A DNA stretch of 34,108 bases from Pseudomonadota bacterium (GCA_043825875.1 JBDRRF010000053.1:1-34108), one strand, 5' to 3'. Counted from the stretch's first letter, positions 18,376-28,619 are shown. Made by a program: numbers and translations. The notes: generated from the letters alone by a model not told the origin.

Positions 18376-20637
18376 TTAACCGCCCATCCCACCAAGACCT
18401 GTAAAATTAATCAAAAAAGAATATCTCTGGTCATCTACCTCATCAGTATAAAGAAAATCAATCGACCAGCATTGGGCAGTATAAAGAAATCCCAGAGAGG
18501 TTCTTATCCTGTTGTTTTCGCGGATATTTCGCTCATCTTCGGCTTTAAACAAAAGGCCTTCAAAGATTTTTATATTAAAAGTTGAAAATATTGATTCCAC
18601 AAAATCCCGCTGGAATCTGTATTCCCATCCAATCGAATCTCCGCGATAATCTGATAATGTTCCGGAAATGTTCCGGTCAACAAAATTACTGTCATAAGGA
18701 GACCATTTGGCATCTGCCGATAACGATAAATATTTTACCGGAGTATATTTTACTTCTCCATATATGGGAGAAAAAGGCCTTTTGTTGTTTGGGTTTGCCC
18801 AAATAACCGGGTCCTCTTCCCTTTCTTCATTAATGTTATAGCTTTGCTCAAATTTTATCCTCAAAAATTCATTATACCCATAAGAAGGATTTTCAGCTTT
18901 TTTTTCGCCTGATTTTCCGAATTTATTTATTTGAGTTTTTGAGGTAAATGTGTTCAGCAAAGAATATGTTATTAGGTTCTTTGCCCCAATTCGGTCTATG
19001 CTGTCAAAATAAGGATACCCGGTCTGTTTTTTATCCGGAATATACTCATAAATAATCTGGGGCTTAATGGAATGTTTAATGCTGTCCACAAATTCTGTGT
19101 CAATTTTAAGAATTCTGAATACCTCTGTGGAAAGATCAAGTTTGATATCATACATTTCTCTGTCATATGTATCTTTATTTATAGTGTTATCACCCTGATC
19201 TATATACCACGTTGTCTGCCTTAACCCTATTGACGGCTCAAATGAAAAATAGTTATTATATCTGTAAGGCAGATAGAATCTTGGGTATAAATCTATGCGT
19301 TGGCCCGTTACGCCGTCTAGTCTGTAAAAATTGGTATATTCGGAATCAAGATCGGCATACAAAGGGGTATCCATAAATTGCTGTTTTGATCCGTTAAACT
19401 CTATAAAAGGCAGCTTTTGCAAGGTATCGTCATAATCATTCCATCTGCGGTTAACAACATTATCATACCAGCGGGCTTCTGCATTTAATGTAAAAGAAGA
19501 CCAGTTTTTCGTAAAATTCAGACTGTTTACTCTAATAGGGTCATCGTAATTATCTATCTCCCGCCCAAAATCTCTATTAAAATATCTTTCTGTTGAGCTG
19601 AAACCATTGGGGCCATCTTTAAATTCATTAAGATAATCCTGATCGCTTACAATATCTAAATCCAGTTTTGCATTAAAACCGTAAGGCATCGCCTGGTCAG
19701 TTTTCATTCTGAACCAGTACCTGTCGGAATTGGTTCGCGAATATGTATCACCGGTATATCCCCATTGCTCACTTGCTTTAGTACCGTCATCCACCTTTTT
19801 GTCATCAAGAAAATCATACATTATGGTTCCCTTTGATTCCGGGCTTAAAACATAACGGTATTCAGCCCCAAGTTTTTCACCCCGCTTGCTCATATGGTGC
19901 AAATAAAAAGTTGCATCCGTATTTTCATTTATGGCCCAAAAATAAGGCTGATTATATTCTATACCTTTGCGTTCGGACTGAGCTGCCTCAGGAGCAAGAA
20001 GACCTGACTGCCGCTTACTTTTTGCAGGAAAGACGGCAAAAGGCACGTAAACAACCGGCAATTTTTTTGTCCAGAATGTCGCATGATTTATATAACCATA
20101 TCCTTCCAAAGTAATTTTAAGTTTTTTACCTGTTATTTTCCATGCAGGCACATCACCATCACAGGTTGAAACTGTTGCTTTTTCGGCTGTATAGGTATTT
20201 TTACCTGTTTTCTTAATATTATCTCCACTTATGTGATAATTATTTTCTTTTAAAAAAATGTTTCCATTATAAATAACGCCTGTTTCGGACTTTAAATCCA
20301 CATCAATGCCGGAACCCCTGATAACATCCTGCCCCAGATTCATAACTACATTATTCTTCGCATATGCCGTTGATGTTGTTCGATTCAAACGAATAAAATC
20401 AGCGGAAAGCTTTTTGCCTGTTTTGAAAACAATAACATTTCCGGAGGCGGTATATACATCAGTATTACGGTCATAATAAATTTCATCGGCAGTAATATTC
20501 CATGGCTCATCCGGATTATCGTTTTTAAAAGGATCGCTAAATGAATCCACTGCAAAAACTCTTGTAGATATTATAAAAAGGAAAGCAACTGCAAATAACA
20601 GAATATATGAATAGCGAATATTATATTTTTTCAGCAC
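18376..20637 (-). CDS. lptD: LPS assembly outer-membrane protein LptD
   Basis: Signal peptide, OstA-like N-domain (ITADEI...ASGNV), TCD..PAWKI, KRQSGLL, and a beta-barrel C-terminus with QCW. Confidence 0.9.
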   Translation of the reverse strand: MLKKYNIRYSYILLFAVAFLFIISTRVFAVDSFSDPFKNDNPDEPWNITADEIYYDRNTDVYTASGNVIVFKTGKKLSADFIRLNRTTSTAYAKNNVVMNLGQDVIRGSGIDVDLKSETGVIYNGNIFLKENNYHISGDNIKKTGKNTYTAEKATVSTCDGDVPAWKITGKKLKITLEGYGYINHATFWTKKLPVVYVPFAVFPAKSKRQSGLLAPEAAQSERKGIEYNQPYFWAINENTDATFYLHHMSKRGEKLGAEYRYVLSPESKGTIMYDFLDDKKVDDGTKASEQWGYTGDTYSRTNSDRYWFRMKTDQAMPYGFNAKLDLDIVSDQDYLNEFKDGPNGFSSTERYFNRDFGREIDNYDDPIRVNSLNFTKNWSSFTLNAEARWYDNVVNRRWNDYDDTLQKLPFIEFNGSKQQFMDTPLYADLDSEYTNFYRLDGVTGQRIDLYPRFYLPYRYNNYFSFEPSIGLRQTTWYIDQGDNTINKDTYDREMYDIKLDLSTEVFRILKIDTEFVDSIKHSIKPQIIYEYIPDKKQTGYPYFDSIDRIGAKNLITYSLLNTFTSKTQINKFGKSGEKKAENPSYGYNEFLRIKFEQSYNINEEREEDPVIWANPNNKRPFSPIYGEVKYTPVKYLSLSADAKWSPYDSNFVDRNISGTLSDYRGDSIGWEYRFQRDFVESIFSTFNIKIFEGLLFKAEDERNIRENNRIRTSLGFLYTAQCWSIDFLYTDEVDDQRYSFLINFTGLGGMGG

Positions 20638-20957
20638 AATTTCCGATCCGTTTATTGTGTATATAAGAAATCTTTCCTTAATTAAATGTAATAATACTTA
20701 AATGCGAATCATTAATTTTAATTAACCAGTATCTGCTTGAAAGTTCAGCCAGTTTGAGACAAATATTGGCCGATAGAATATAAGAGGGGTTTATAAAAAG
20801 CAAGAGACAGTTTTTAAAAAAATAGTTTCTTTCAAAAAGATTAAATTTGGTCTAATATAAAAAGCCGGATTCGCTGAAAGTGCATTTTTGGTTTTTTGAT
20901 CTTCAAACCTTTTTTGCCAACCGGGCAATGATATAAAAAAATTTAGGTTAAATACAT

Positions 20958-21713
20958 ATGAACGTGCTTATAACCAACGATGATGGCATTTATGCCGAAG
21001 GTCTTGCGGCATTATATAAAACATTTATAAAGTCTCACTCTGTAACAGTGGTTGCTCCCGAACGTGAGAGAAGCGCAGTAAGTCACAGCATTACTCTTCA
21101 TAAACCTCTTCGTGCAAGCAGAATATGTCTGGAAAGCGGACTCTCAGGATATGCCGTAAACGGCACGCCGGCAGATTGCGTCAAGCTGGGAATTCTTGAA
21201 ATACTTGGTTCTAAACCGGATATAGTTATATCCGGTATAAATCCGGGTGCAAATATAGGCATTAACCTGAATTATTCGGGAACTGTTTCGGCAGCTAAAG
21301 AGGCTGCTTTGTGTGGCATTAACGCTATTGCAGTATCTATACAGGGATATGCTTCAACCCATCTGGATAATGCAGCCATTTTTGCTGAAAAACTTGCAAG
21401 AAAAGTTGTCGAAAAACAACTGCCTCGAGGAACCTTTCTCAATGTTAATTTGCCGGATATGCCTTTTGAAAAAACAGCCGGAATAAAAATCAGCACGCAG
21501 GACCTATCGGTTTTTTCAGAGTTTTTCGAAAAAAGAATTGATCCCAGAAACCGCACATATTATTGGCAGGGAGTCAGCTCAAATCATTCGGGATATAACC
21601 CTGATAGTGACGGAGAGGCACTTTCCGGTAATTATATATCAATAACTCCGATAAAGTGTGATATGACGGACTATAATATGATAGAAGATATTAAGAAATG
21701 GGACATGGATTAA
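20958..21713 (+). CDS. surE: 5'/3'-nucleotidase SurE
   Basis: LITNDDG, VVAP, GTPADCV, SGINPGAN and YSGTV. Confidence 0.96.
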   Translation: MNVLITNDDGIYAEGLAALYKTFIKSHSVTVVAPERERSAVSHSITLHKPLRASRICLESGLSGYAVNGTPADCVKLGILEILGSKPDIVISGINPGANIGINLNYSGTVSAAKEAALCGINAIAVSIQGYASTHLDNAAIFAEKLARKVVEKQLPRGTFLNVNLPDMPFEKTAGIKISTQDLSVFSEFFEKRIDPRNRTYYWQGVSSNHSGYNPDSDGEALSGNYISITPIKCDMTDYNMIEDIKKWDMD

Positions 21714-21759
21714 AAAGTAAATTGCAAATTTTACTGTTTGAAATACTATCTAATAAACG

Positions 21760-22749
21760 GTGGAAAATATGAAAAAACAATATGCCGGATCTGTAAGGGC
21801 AGGAGAATTAGTGAATGATATTTTTGTTTTGTCTGAAAAAAATATTTCACAAAAAAAAGATGGAAGCGATTATATTAATGTTCTTCTTTCAGACAAAACA
21901 GGAAAGCTTAAGGGCGTTGCATGGGATAATGTGGATAAAATATCAGCAGACAAAAATCCGGGTGATTTTGTTCATGTTAAGGGAAGCATATCGGAATACA
22001 AAGGGGCTTTGCAGATTGTAATAAAAGATATGGAAAATATATCTTCCGATTCAATTGATCCCTCCGATTTTCTTCCTTCAACAAAGCAAAATATCGATTT
22101 AATGTTTGAACGTTTGCTAAAGCTTTCCGGCTCAATAGAAGAGAAAAACTTAAAAGCACTTTTGGATGCATTCTGGGCTGACAACAAGTTTGTCGAAAAC
22201 TTTAAAATAGCTCCTGCTGCAAAAAAAATGCATCATGCATATTCAGGCGGCCTGTTAGAACACACGCTTTCAATGGCTCTTTTAGCAGACAAAATCGCAG
22301 GTCATTATATTGGAATAGACAGAGATCTTCTTATTGTGGGCACAATTCTTCATGATATCGGAAAAGTCAGGGAATTTGTTTATAAATACAGCATTGATTA
22401 TTCGGATGAAGGCAGGCTTTTAAGCCATATAGTAATAGGAATTGGTATGCTTGATGAGAAAATCAAAACCATTAAAGAGTTTCCTGAGACTCTTGCAGTA
22501 CTGTTAAGGCACATGATAGTAAGCCATCATGGCACAAGAGAATTTGGTTCTCCGGAGCCTCCAAAAACAATTGATGCGGTTTTGCTTAATTATATAGATG
22601 AAATTGATTCAAAGATAAGCGGCATACGTGATTATATTTCTTCAGATGATGCCGGAGGAAACTGGACATCCTATCACAGGCTACTTGGGCGCCATTTTTA
22701 TACGGCAAATAACAACATGCAAAACAAAGAAGATGAAATTAGCGAATAA
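21760..22749 (+). CDS. yhaM: 3'-5' exoribonuclease YhaM/Cbf1 family (OB fold + HD)
   Basis: N-terminal OB fold, PAAKKMHHAY, GGLLEH, LHDIGK and SHHG. Confidence 0.88.
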   Translation: MENMKKQYAGSVRAGELVNDIFVLSEKNISQKKDGSDYINVLLSDKTGKLKGVAWDNVDKISADKNPGDFVHVKGSISEYKGALQIVIKDMENISSDSIDPSDFLPSTKQNIDLMFERLLKLSGSIEEKNLKALLDAFWADNKFVENFKIAPAAKKMHHAYSGGLLEHTLSMALLADKIAGHYIGIDRDLLIVGTILHDIGKVREFVYKYSIDYSDEGRLLSHIVIGIGMLDEKIKTIKEFPETLAVLLRHMIVSHHGTREFGSPEPPKTIDAVLLNYIDEIDSKISGIRDYISSDDAGGNWTSYHRLLGRHFYTANNNMQNKEDEISE

Positions 22750-22777
22750 ACCAGTTTAAAGTAACAAGGTAAAAATA

Positions 22778-23398
22778 ATGTTTATTACATTTGAAGGTAT
22801 CGAAGGCTCAGGGAAAACTACACAGATACGACATGTCATGGAATTTTTAGAAAATTCAGGAAAAGCTTGCGTAATGACCCGTGAACCAGGGGGTACAATT
22901 ACAGGGCAAAAAATCCGTTCTATTTTGCTTGACCCTGATAATAACGGAATGGATCATTCGACTGAACTCCTGCTATATCTGGCTGATAGAGCTGAACACG
23001 CAAACAAAATTATAAAGCCTGCTCTATCGGCAGGAAAAACCGTTTTATGCGACAGATATTATGACGCAACTAAGGCCTATCAGGGTTATGCACGCGGATT
23101 GGATATGGATTTGCTGGATAAATTGCATAAACTGATAATACATGATTTAAAGCCGGATATAACAATTCTGCTCGATCTTGACCCCAAAACCGGGCTTTCA
23201 CGGGCATGGAAGCAGATAAATGCAGGGGAAAGGACTGAATTTGAAACAAGATTTGAAAAAGAAACTCTTGATTTTCATGATAAAGTCAGAAAAGGCTATC
23301 TTGAGCTTGCGCGCATTGAGCCTAAACGTTTTATAATTGTAGATGCCACAAAAGATGAAAACCAGGTAAAAAAAGATATAATAAAGGCACTTTCTTGA
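22778..23398 (+). CDS. tmk: Thymidylate kinase
   Basis: FITFEGIEGSGKTT, REPGG, CDRY and AYQG. Confidence 0.97.
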   Translation: MFITFEGIEGSGKTTQIRHVMEFLENSGKACVMTREPGGTITGQKIRSILLDPDNNGMDHSTELLLYLADRAEHANKIIKPALSAGKTVLCDRYYDATKAYQGYARGLDMDLLDKLHKLIIHDLKPDITILLDLDPKTGLSRAWKQINAGERTEFETRFEKETLDFHDKVRKGYLELARIEPKRFIIVDATKDENQVKKDIIKALS

Positions 23399-25677
23399 TG
23401 AGCTATTCTATCTTAGATACAATAGGCAACACCCCTCTTGTTGAAATCAAAAAATTAAACCCGAATCCCAAGGTAAAAATTCTTGCCAAGCTTGAATACT
23501 TTAATCCCGGTGGTTCAATAAAAGACAGAGCAGCTCTTTTTATGATCGAAGATGGAGAAAAGTCGGGAGAGCTTACCCCTGATAAAACCGTGATAGAGGC
23601 AACGAGCGGAAATACAGGCATCGGCCTTGCGTTGGTCTGCTCAATTAAGGGTTACAAACTTCTTCTTACCATGTCCGAATCGGCAAGCATTGAACGCCAG
23701 AAGATACTAAAAGCCCGCGGAGCCGATATTCTTCTTACTCCAGGACATCTTGGTACTGACGGAGCTATTGAAGAAGTATACCGTCTTTGCAGGGAAAATC
23801 CGCCTGCTTATTTCATGACCGATCAATTCAATAATGAAGCAAACTGGAAAGCGCATTATTATACTACAGCAGAAGAGATCTGGAAACAGACGGAAGGCAA
23901 AATTACGGCAGTTGTTGCCACCCTTGGCACAACCGGGACTGTAATGGGAATTTCGCAAAGGCTTAAGGAATATAATCCGGATATAAAAATAATTGCGGTA
24001 GAACCATATCTGGGCCATAAAATCCAGGGCCTCAAAAATATGAAGGAAGCATACCGGCCTGAGATTTACGATAAAAAGCGCATTGATAATATTGTCAATA
24101 TCGATGATGAAGAAGCTTTTGAAATGGCAAGACGCCTTGCAAAAGAAGAAGGATTGTTTGTGGGAATGAGCAGCGGAGCTGCTATGGTGATCGCACAAAA
24201 CAAAGCATCTGAAATGGAAGATGGCACAATAGTTGTTATCTTTCCGGATAGCGGAGAAAGATATTTAAGCACTTCCCTTTTTACAGTAAAAGAAAAAATA
24301 AACCTTTCGCTTTTTAATACCATTACAAGAAGCAAGGAACCTTTTGAGCCTATTAACCCCGGAAAAGTATCCGTTTATTCCTGCGGGCCGACCGCACATG
24401 CAAGGATGCATCCGGGAGAGTGCCGCCGTTTTGTGTTTTCGGACCTGTTGTGCCGTTATCTTGAATACAGAGGATATTTAGTAAAACATATAATGAACAT
24501 AACGGATCTTGACGACAAAACCATAAACGGATCTGAAAAAGCGGGTCTTGAACTATCAGAATTCACCGAAAAGTATATTGATCTGTTTCAGGAAGATCTC
24601 AAACTTCTTGGAATCAAACCAGCAGAAGATTATCCAAAGGCTAGTGAACATATTAATGATATGGTTATGCTTGCAGAAAAACTTGTTAAAAAAGGCTATG
24701 CATATGAAAAGCTGCGCTCTTTGTATTTTGATATCTCCAGGTTTTCGGATTACGGAAAATTATCGGGAATTGATTTAAATAAAATAAGAATAGGCGCAAC
24801 CGTTGACCTTGATGAATATGAAAAGGATAATCCGAGAGATTTTACCCTGATGAAAAGAGCAAAACTTTCGGAGCTTAGACGGGGGATTTATACTGCAACC
24901 GACTGGGGGAATGTCAGGCCTTCCTGGCATATCCAGTGCGCTGCAATTGCAATGAAATACCTTGGCGAAAGTTTTGATATTCATACAAGCAGCAGGGAAC
25001 TCATCTTTCCGCATCATGAGAATGAAATTGCCATTTCAAAGGCTTTGACAGGAAAACCTCTTGCGAAATTCTGGATGCACTGTGACAGGGTGCTTGTTGA
25101 TGGGAAAAAGGTTGATGAATCAAAAGAGCGGCTTTGTGTTTCAGACCTTGCAGATATGGGCTATACGGGCAGAGAAATAAGATTCTGGCTGATTTCAACT
25201 CACTACAGAAAGCCCATTGTCTTTTCAAGCGAACGGCTTGAAGATGCAAGAAAATCCCTGAAAAGGCTGGACACATGTGTTCGTGCTTTGCTTGATATCA
25301 AAACAGGAGAGCCATATCCTGAAATTGATCAGCTTCTTTATGATATTAAAAGCGGGTTTGCGGGTGCAATGGACGATGATCTTAACATATCTGCCGCGCT
25401 ATCTTCCATATTCAAGGTTATAAGAAAGGTAAATGTTCTTACTAAAGATAAAAATATAGACGAAACCGGCGCAAAAAAAATTCTGGACGCATTTAAAGAT
25501 ATTGATTCTGTGCTTAATATTTTTGATTTTGGATACTGCTTTCTTGATCCGGAAGTAAAACGTCTTATAGAGGATCGTGACAAGGCAAGAAAAGAAAAAA
25601 AATGGGACGTTGCAGACGATATCCGCAAAAAACTGGAATCAATGGGAGTTGCAATAAGAGACCGGAAAACCAGATAA
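23398..25677 (+). CDS. Fusion of PLP-dependent cysteine synthase (CysM-type) and a degenerate cysteinyl-tRNA synthetase-like domain
   Basis: N-half: IGNTPL, SIKDR (PLP Lys), TSGNTG, GTTGT and PDSGERYLS. C-half: FNT, CGPT, NITDLDDK, WHIQC, FPHHENE, HYR, AMDDDLN and the anticodon helix. Single uninterrupted frame; TGATG overlap with tmk. Confidence 0.93.
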   Translation: MSYSILDTIGNTPLVEIKKLNPNPKVKILAKLEYFNPGGSIKDRAALFMIEDGEKSGELTPDKTVIEATSGNTGIGLALVCSIKGYKLLLTMSESASIERQKILKARGADILLTPGHLGTDGAIEEVYRLCRENPPAYFMTDQFNNEANWKAHYYTTAEEIWKQTEGKITAVVATLGTTGTVMGISQRLKEYNPDIKIIAVEPYLGHKIQGLKNMKEAYRPEIYDKKRIDNIVNIDDEEAFEMARRLAKEEGLFVGMSSGAAMVIAQNKASEMEDGTIVVIFPDSGERYLSTSLFTVKEKINLSLFNTITRSKEPFEPINPGKVSVYSCGPTAHARMHPGECRRFVFSDLLCRYLEYRGYLVKHIMNITDLDDKTINGSEKAGLELSEFTEKYIDLFQEDLKLLGIKPAEDYPKASEHINDMVMLAEKLVKKGYAYEKLRSLYFDISRFSDYGKLSGIDLNKIRIGATVDLDEYEKDNPRDFTLMKRAKLSELRRGIYTATDWGNVRPSWHIQCAAIAMKYLGESFDIHTSSRELIFPHHENEIAISKALTGKPLAKFWMHCDRVLVDGKKVDESKERLCVSDLADMGYTGREIRFWLISTHYRKPIVFSSERLEDARKSLKRLDTCVRALLDIKTGEPYPEIDQLLYDIKSGFAGAMDDDLNISAALSSIFKVIRKVNVLTKDKNIDETGAKKILDAFKDIDSVLNIFDFGYCFLDPEVKRLIEDRDKARKEKKWDVADDIRKKLESMGVAIRDRKTR

Positions 25678-25698
25678 AAGTTTTTAACAAGGACCACA

Positions 25699-26679
25699 AT
25701 GAAACCTTTATATTTTCCATTTACATATATCAATGATGCTAAAGCAGCAAATCTGTGCGCCTGTTTTAAACAGATAGCCGTTTACCAACCAGGTTTTTTG
25801 AACCTTTCTGAAAACATGCAAAAACTTTCCGATAAAGGCCTTATCGATATCCGGGTTCCCGGCAAAGGGGATGAAGCAAAGCTTAAAGCTCTTTTAAATG
25901 AATACAAAGCATGGGCAGAACTTCATCAAAAAAGCGATATAGCTTTTTTAAACGCAACGGAAGGGAAACATCCTTTTTTTGATGAAACATTTCCATCACA
26001 GCTTGCTTCGCAGATTAAAAAAAATATGGGTGGGAACCAAGTAAAAGCAAAAACCGATTTCCTCTTTAATTCAAGATTGTTTCTTGGCATAGCTCAGGAA
26101 TATGACCAGCAGCAGGAGGCAATAATAAAAAACCTGGCTTCTGTAAGTGAAATGGAAAAGAAACTTCTATCAGATTTAACCGATGAAGATGAAAATATAT
26201 TCAGTAATAGTGCCGGAGCTTTTTTTAAAACAGGCCATGAACCGGAAAGATACAAAATAAAAGAAAGACTTGAGGCATGGATATATCTTTTAATAAATGA
26301 TAAGGAAAAACCGTGTTTTTTTATTACAGACAGCAAAGATGTAATTGATCTTATTATAGAAACAAATCCTGATTTTGAAGAAGTTGTTGATTTGCAGAAA
26401 ATTCCTGTCTGCATTGTCCCGGATATTATGGATAACTGGCAAATTATGCTTGCCAAACAAGTAGAAGGTTTGTTATCGGATAAAAACTTTAAAGTGAGCA
26501 AAGATATTAATAATATCCCTGCTGTTAACAAGACCGAAAGAAACGTATCTTTGAAGATTTTCAGGATAAGCAATAAATCCTGGTACGAATTTTTCCAAAA
26601 TATCCTTGCCAAAGATATTGATGTTATACAAAATGACGATAAAATTAATAAATGCATATTAATTGGCATTGTTGAATAA
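25699..26679 (+). CDS. Hypothetical protein
   Basis: 326 aa ORF with AAGGA RBS, 21 bp after the fusion gene; begins MKPLYFPFT; no family recognised. Confidence 0.75.
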   Translation: MKPLYFPFTYINDAKAANLCACFKQIAVYQPGFLNLSENMQKLSDKGLIDIRVPGKGDEAKLKALLNEYKAWAELHQKSDIAFLNATEGKHPFFDETFPSQLASQIKKNMGGNQVKAKTDFLFNSRLFLGIAQEYDQQQEAIIKNLASVSEMEKKLLSDLTDEDENIFSNSAGAFFKTGHEPERYKIKERLEAWIYLLINDKEKPCFFITDSKDVIDLIIETNPDFEEVVDLQKIPVCIVPDIMDNWQIMLAKQVEGLLSDKNFKVSKDINNIPAVNKTERNVSLKIFRISNKSWYEFFQNILAKDIDVIQNDDKINKCILIGIVE

Positions 26680-26860
26680 TCCCGTTTATCTTTATGATAT
26701 AACATCAAATAAATTCTATCCCCCCGTTTCTTTTTTTTATTCAAAAAAATGAAGAAGAAGGCTTGACTCATATTATCAATTGGTATATGGACTTTGCCCA
26801 ATACTATAAAAAATAGCTGAGCAAACTATTTATTGTTCAATATAGAAAGGAGAAAATAAA

Positions 26861-27049
26861 ATGGCTTTTAATCCTATCGTAGATGAAGACAAATGTCAGG
26901 GATGTGCTGAATGTGTTGATGTATGCCCGGTTGAAGTTTTTGAAATCCAAGATGAGAAATCCGTAGCGGTTAATGCGGAAGAATGTCTCGGTTGCGAAAG
27001 CTGTGTAGAAGTTTGTGAACCAGCCGCAATTACAATTGAAGAAACATAA
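26861..27049 (+). CDS. 2[4Fe-4S] ferredoxin
   Basis: CQGCAECVDVCP and CLGCESCVEVC; acidic, 62 aa; AAGGAG RBS. Confidence 0.95.
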   Translation: MAFNPIVDEDKCQGCAECVDVCPVEVFEIQDEKSVAVNAEECLGCESCVEVCEPAAITIEET

Positions 27050-27058
27050 TTATTAAAG

Positions 27059-27110
27059 CCCCCGGTTTATATACCGTTTTAAGAGCCGGGGGACTTTGAT
27101 TTTTTCTTTA
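27059..27110 (+). terminator. Possible intrinsic terminator after the ferredoxin gene
   Basis: CCCCCGG (27059-27065) / CCGGGGG (27086-27092) followed by a T-rich tract; the loop is long. Confidence 0.5.
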
Positions 27111-27246
27111 TATACTAATCATAATCATTTCTGTTTTTTTATCATTCAGATTCATAAGGGTATTTTTGTCTTTTCAAATTAACATTATCTGAATTTTCCA
27201 TTCTGATATATTATATATAAACATCAATAAATAATGTATAGATACC

Positions 27247-28500
27247 ATGATATATCCTGATACAGCCCTGGTATCACAAAAGCTGTATAATTCTCCGGTA
27301 AATGATATCAAGAGTGAACTTGACTCCTCTTTATCTGCTATTTCTTTTTCCGGTAAAATCAAACCGGGAGAAACTGTTGCCATTGCTGTGGGCAGCAGGG
27401 GTATAGATAAAATAGATTCAGTTGTTTATAGCTGTGCAAGATTTCTTGAAAATCTTGGATTAAAACCTTTTATAATTCCGGCTATGGGAAGTCATGGCGG
27501 GGCAAATGCCGAAGGCCAGAAAAATATACTTGAAAAACTTAAAATAAGTGAAGGTACAATCAAAATTCCGGTTTATCCGGACATGGAAACAGATAGCATC
27601 GGCAAGCTATCTTGTGGTTTAGATATCAATTTTTCAAAAAAGGCACTTTCAGCCGATCATATTGTTGTAATCAACAGGATTAAACCTCACACAAAATTTA
27701 CGGCAGATATAGAAAGCGGCATTTGTAAGATGCTTACCATAGGGCTTGGAAAAGAAAGAGGCGCATCAGCTTTTCACAATTTTGCCGTACAACACGGCTT
27801 TGGTATTATTGAAGAAGCTGCCGATTATATTATTAACAAACTAAATATCTTGTTTGGAATCGCTCTTCTTGAAGACGGTTATGGTAACCTTTCAAAGATT
27901 GAGGTGATACAACCCCACAATATTATCAGTCGCGAAAAAGAGCTTTTAATACAGGCAAGAAAGATGATGGGAAGTATTGCCTTTGATTTTCTTGATCTTC
28001 TGATCATTGATTTTTTCGGAAAGGATATAAGCGGCATAGGCATGGATTCCAATATCACAGGAAGGCACAGAGATATTGTCGGAGATTTTTATACTTCTCC
28101 TCATGCTAAGCGTATTTTTGTAAGAGATTTATCTCCCGGCTCCGATGGAAACGCTAATGGAATAGGGCTTGCCGATATAACTACTACCCGCCTTGTAAAT
28201 GGCCTTGATATGAATAAAACCTATGCCAATGCCATAGCGGCCATTTCCCCCGAAAAAGCTGCTATCCCGATTCATTTCGGCACAGACCGCGAATGCCTTG
28301 AGGTTTGCGCAAAAACACTCGGCCTTGAATCATTGCAAAATTCCCGCATTGTAAGAATAAGAGATACCAAACACCTTGATCTGATACAGGTTTCAAAAGC
28401 TCTTGAAGAAGAAATTGAATCAAACCCGAATTTAAAAAGGGTTTCAGATTGGGAGCAATTTAAATTTGATGGGAATGATAATCTTACTTCCTTTTCTTAG
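27247..28500 (+). CDS. Lactate racemase (LarA)-like / DUF2088-DUF362 domain protein
   Basis: VAIAVGSRG, PAMGSHGGA, NRIKPHT, ESGICKMLTIGLGK and GKDISGIGMD. Confidence 0.8.
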   Translation: MIYPDTALVSQKLYNSPVNDIKSELDSSLSAISFSGKIKPGETVAIAVGSRGIDKIDSVVYSCARFLENLGLKPFIIPAMGSHGGANAEGQKNILEKLKISEGTIKIPVYPDMETDSIGKLSCGLDINFSKKALSADHIVVINRIKPHTKFTADIESGICKMLTIGLGKERGASAFHNFAVQHGFGIIEEAADYIINKLNILFGIALLEDGYGNLSKIEVIQPHNIISREKELLIQARKMMGSIAFDFLDLLIIDFFGKDISGIGMDSNITGRHRDIVGDFYTSPHAKRIFVRDLSPGSDGNANGIGLADITTTRLVNGLDMNKTYANAIAAISPEKAAIPIHFGTDRECLEVCAKTLGLESLQNSRIVRIRDTKHLDLIQVSKALEEEIESNPNLKRVSDWEQFKFDGNDNLTSFS

Positions 28501-28619
28501 CTTCTTATATTGTAGCATAAGAATATTATTCATATTGTGATTGAACATATATCATAGCATGAGTAATATTGAAGTCCACTCGCTGCAAGCAATGGTATAG
28601 AATGTCCCCCCATATTCTC

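Noticed and set aside
23398..25677. Fusion as an assembly artefact, or as a normal cysS
   Set aside because: The frame is continuous with a short clean linker and both domains are full length. The cysS symbol is withheld because the ATP motifs are degenerate.
26763..26790. TTGAC...ATCAA as an FNR box, or a sigma70 promoter for the ferredoxin
   Set aside because: The half-site spacing is 7 rather than 4, and the -35/-10 spacing is only 15; too weak to call.
26094..26801. 235 aa minus-strand ORF
   Set aside because: Antisense to the 326 aa gene, with Ser/Ile/Phe-rich shadow-frame composition.
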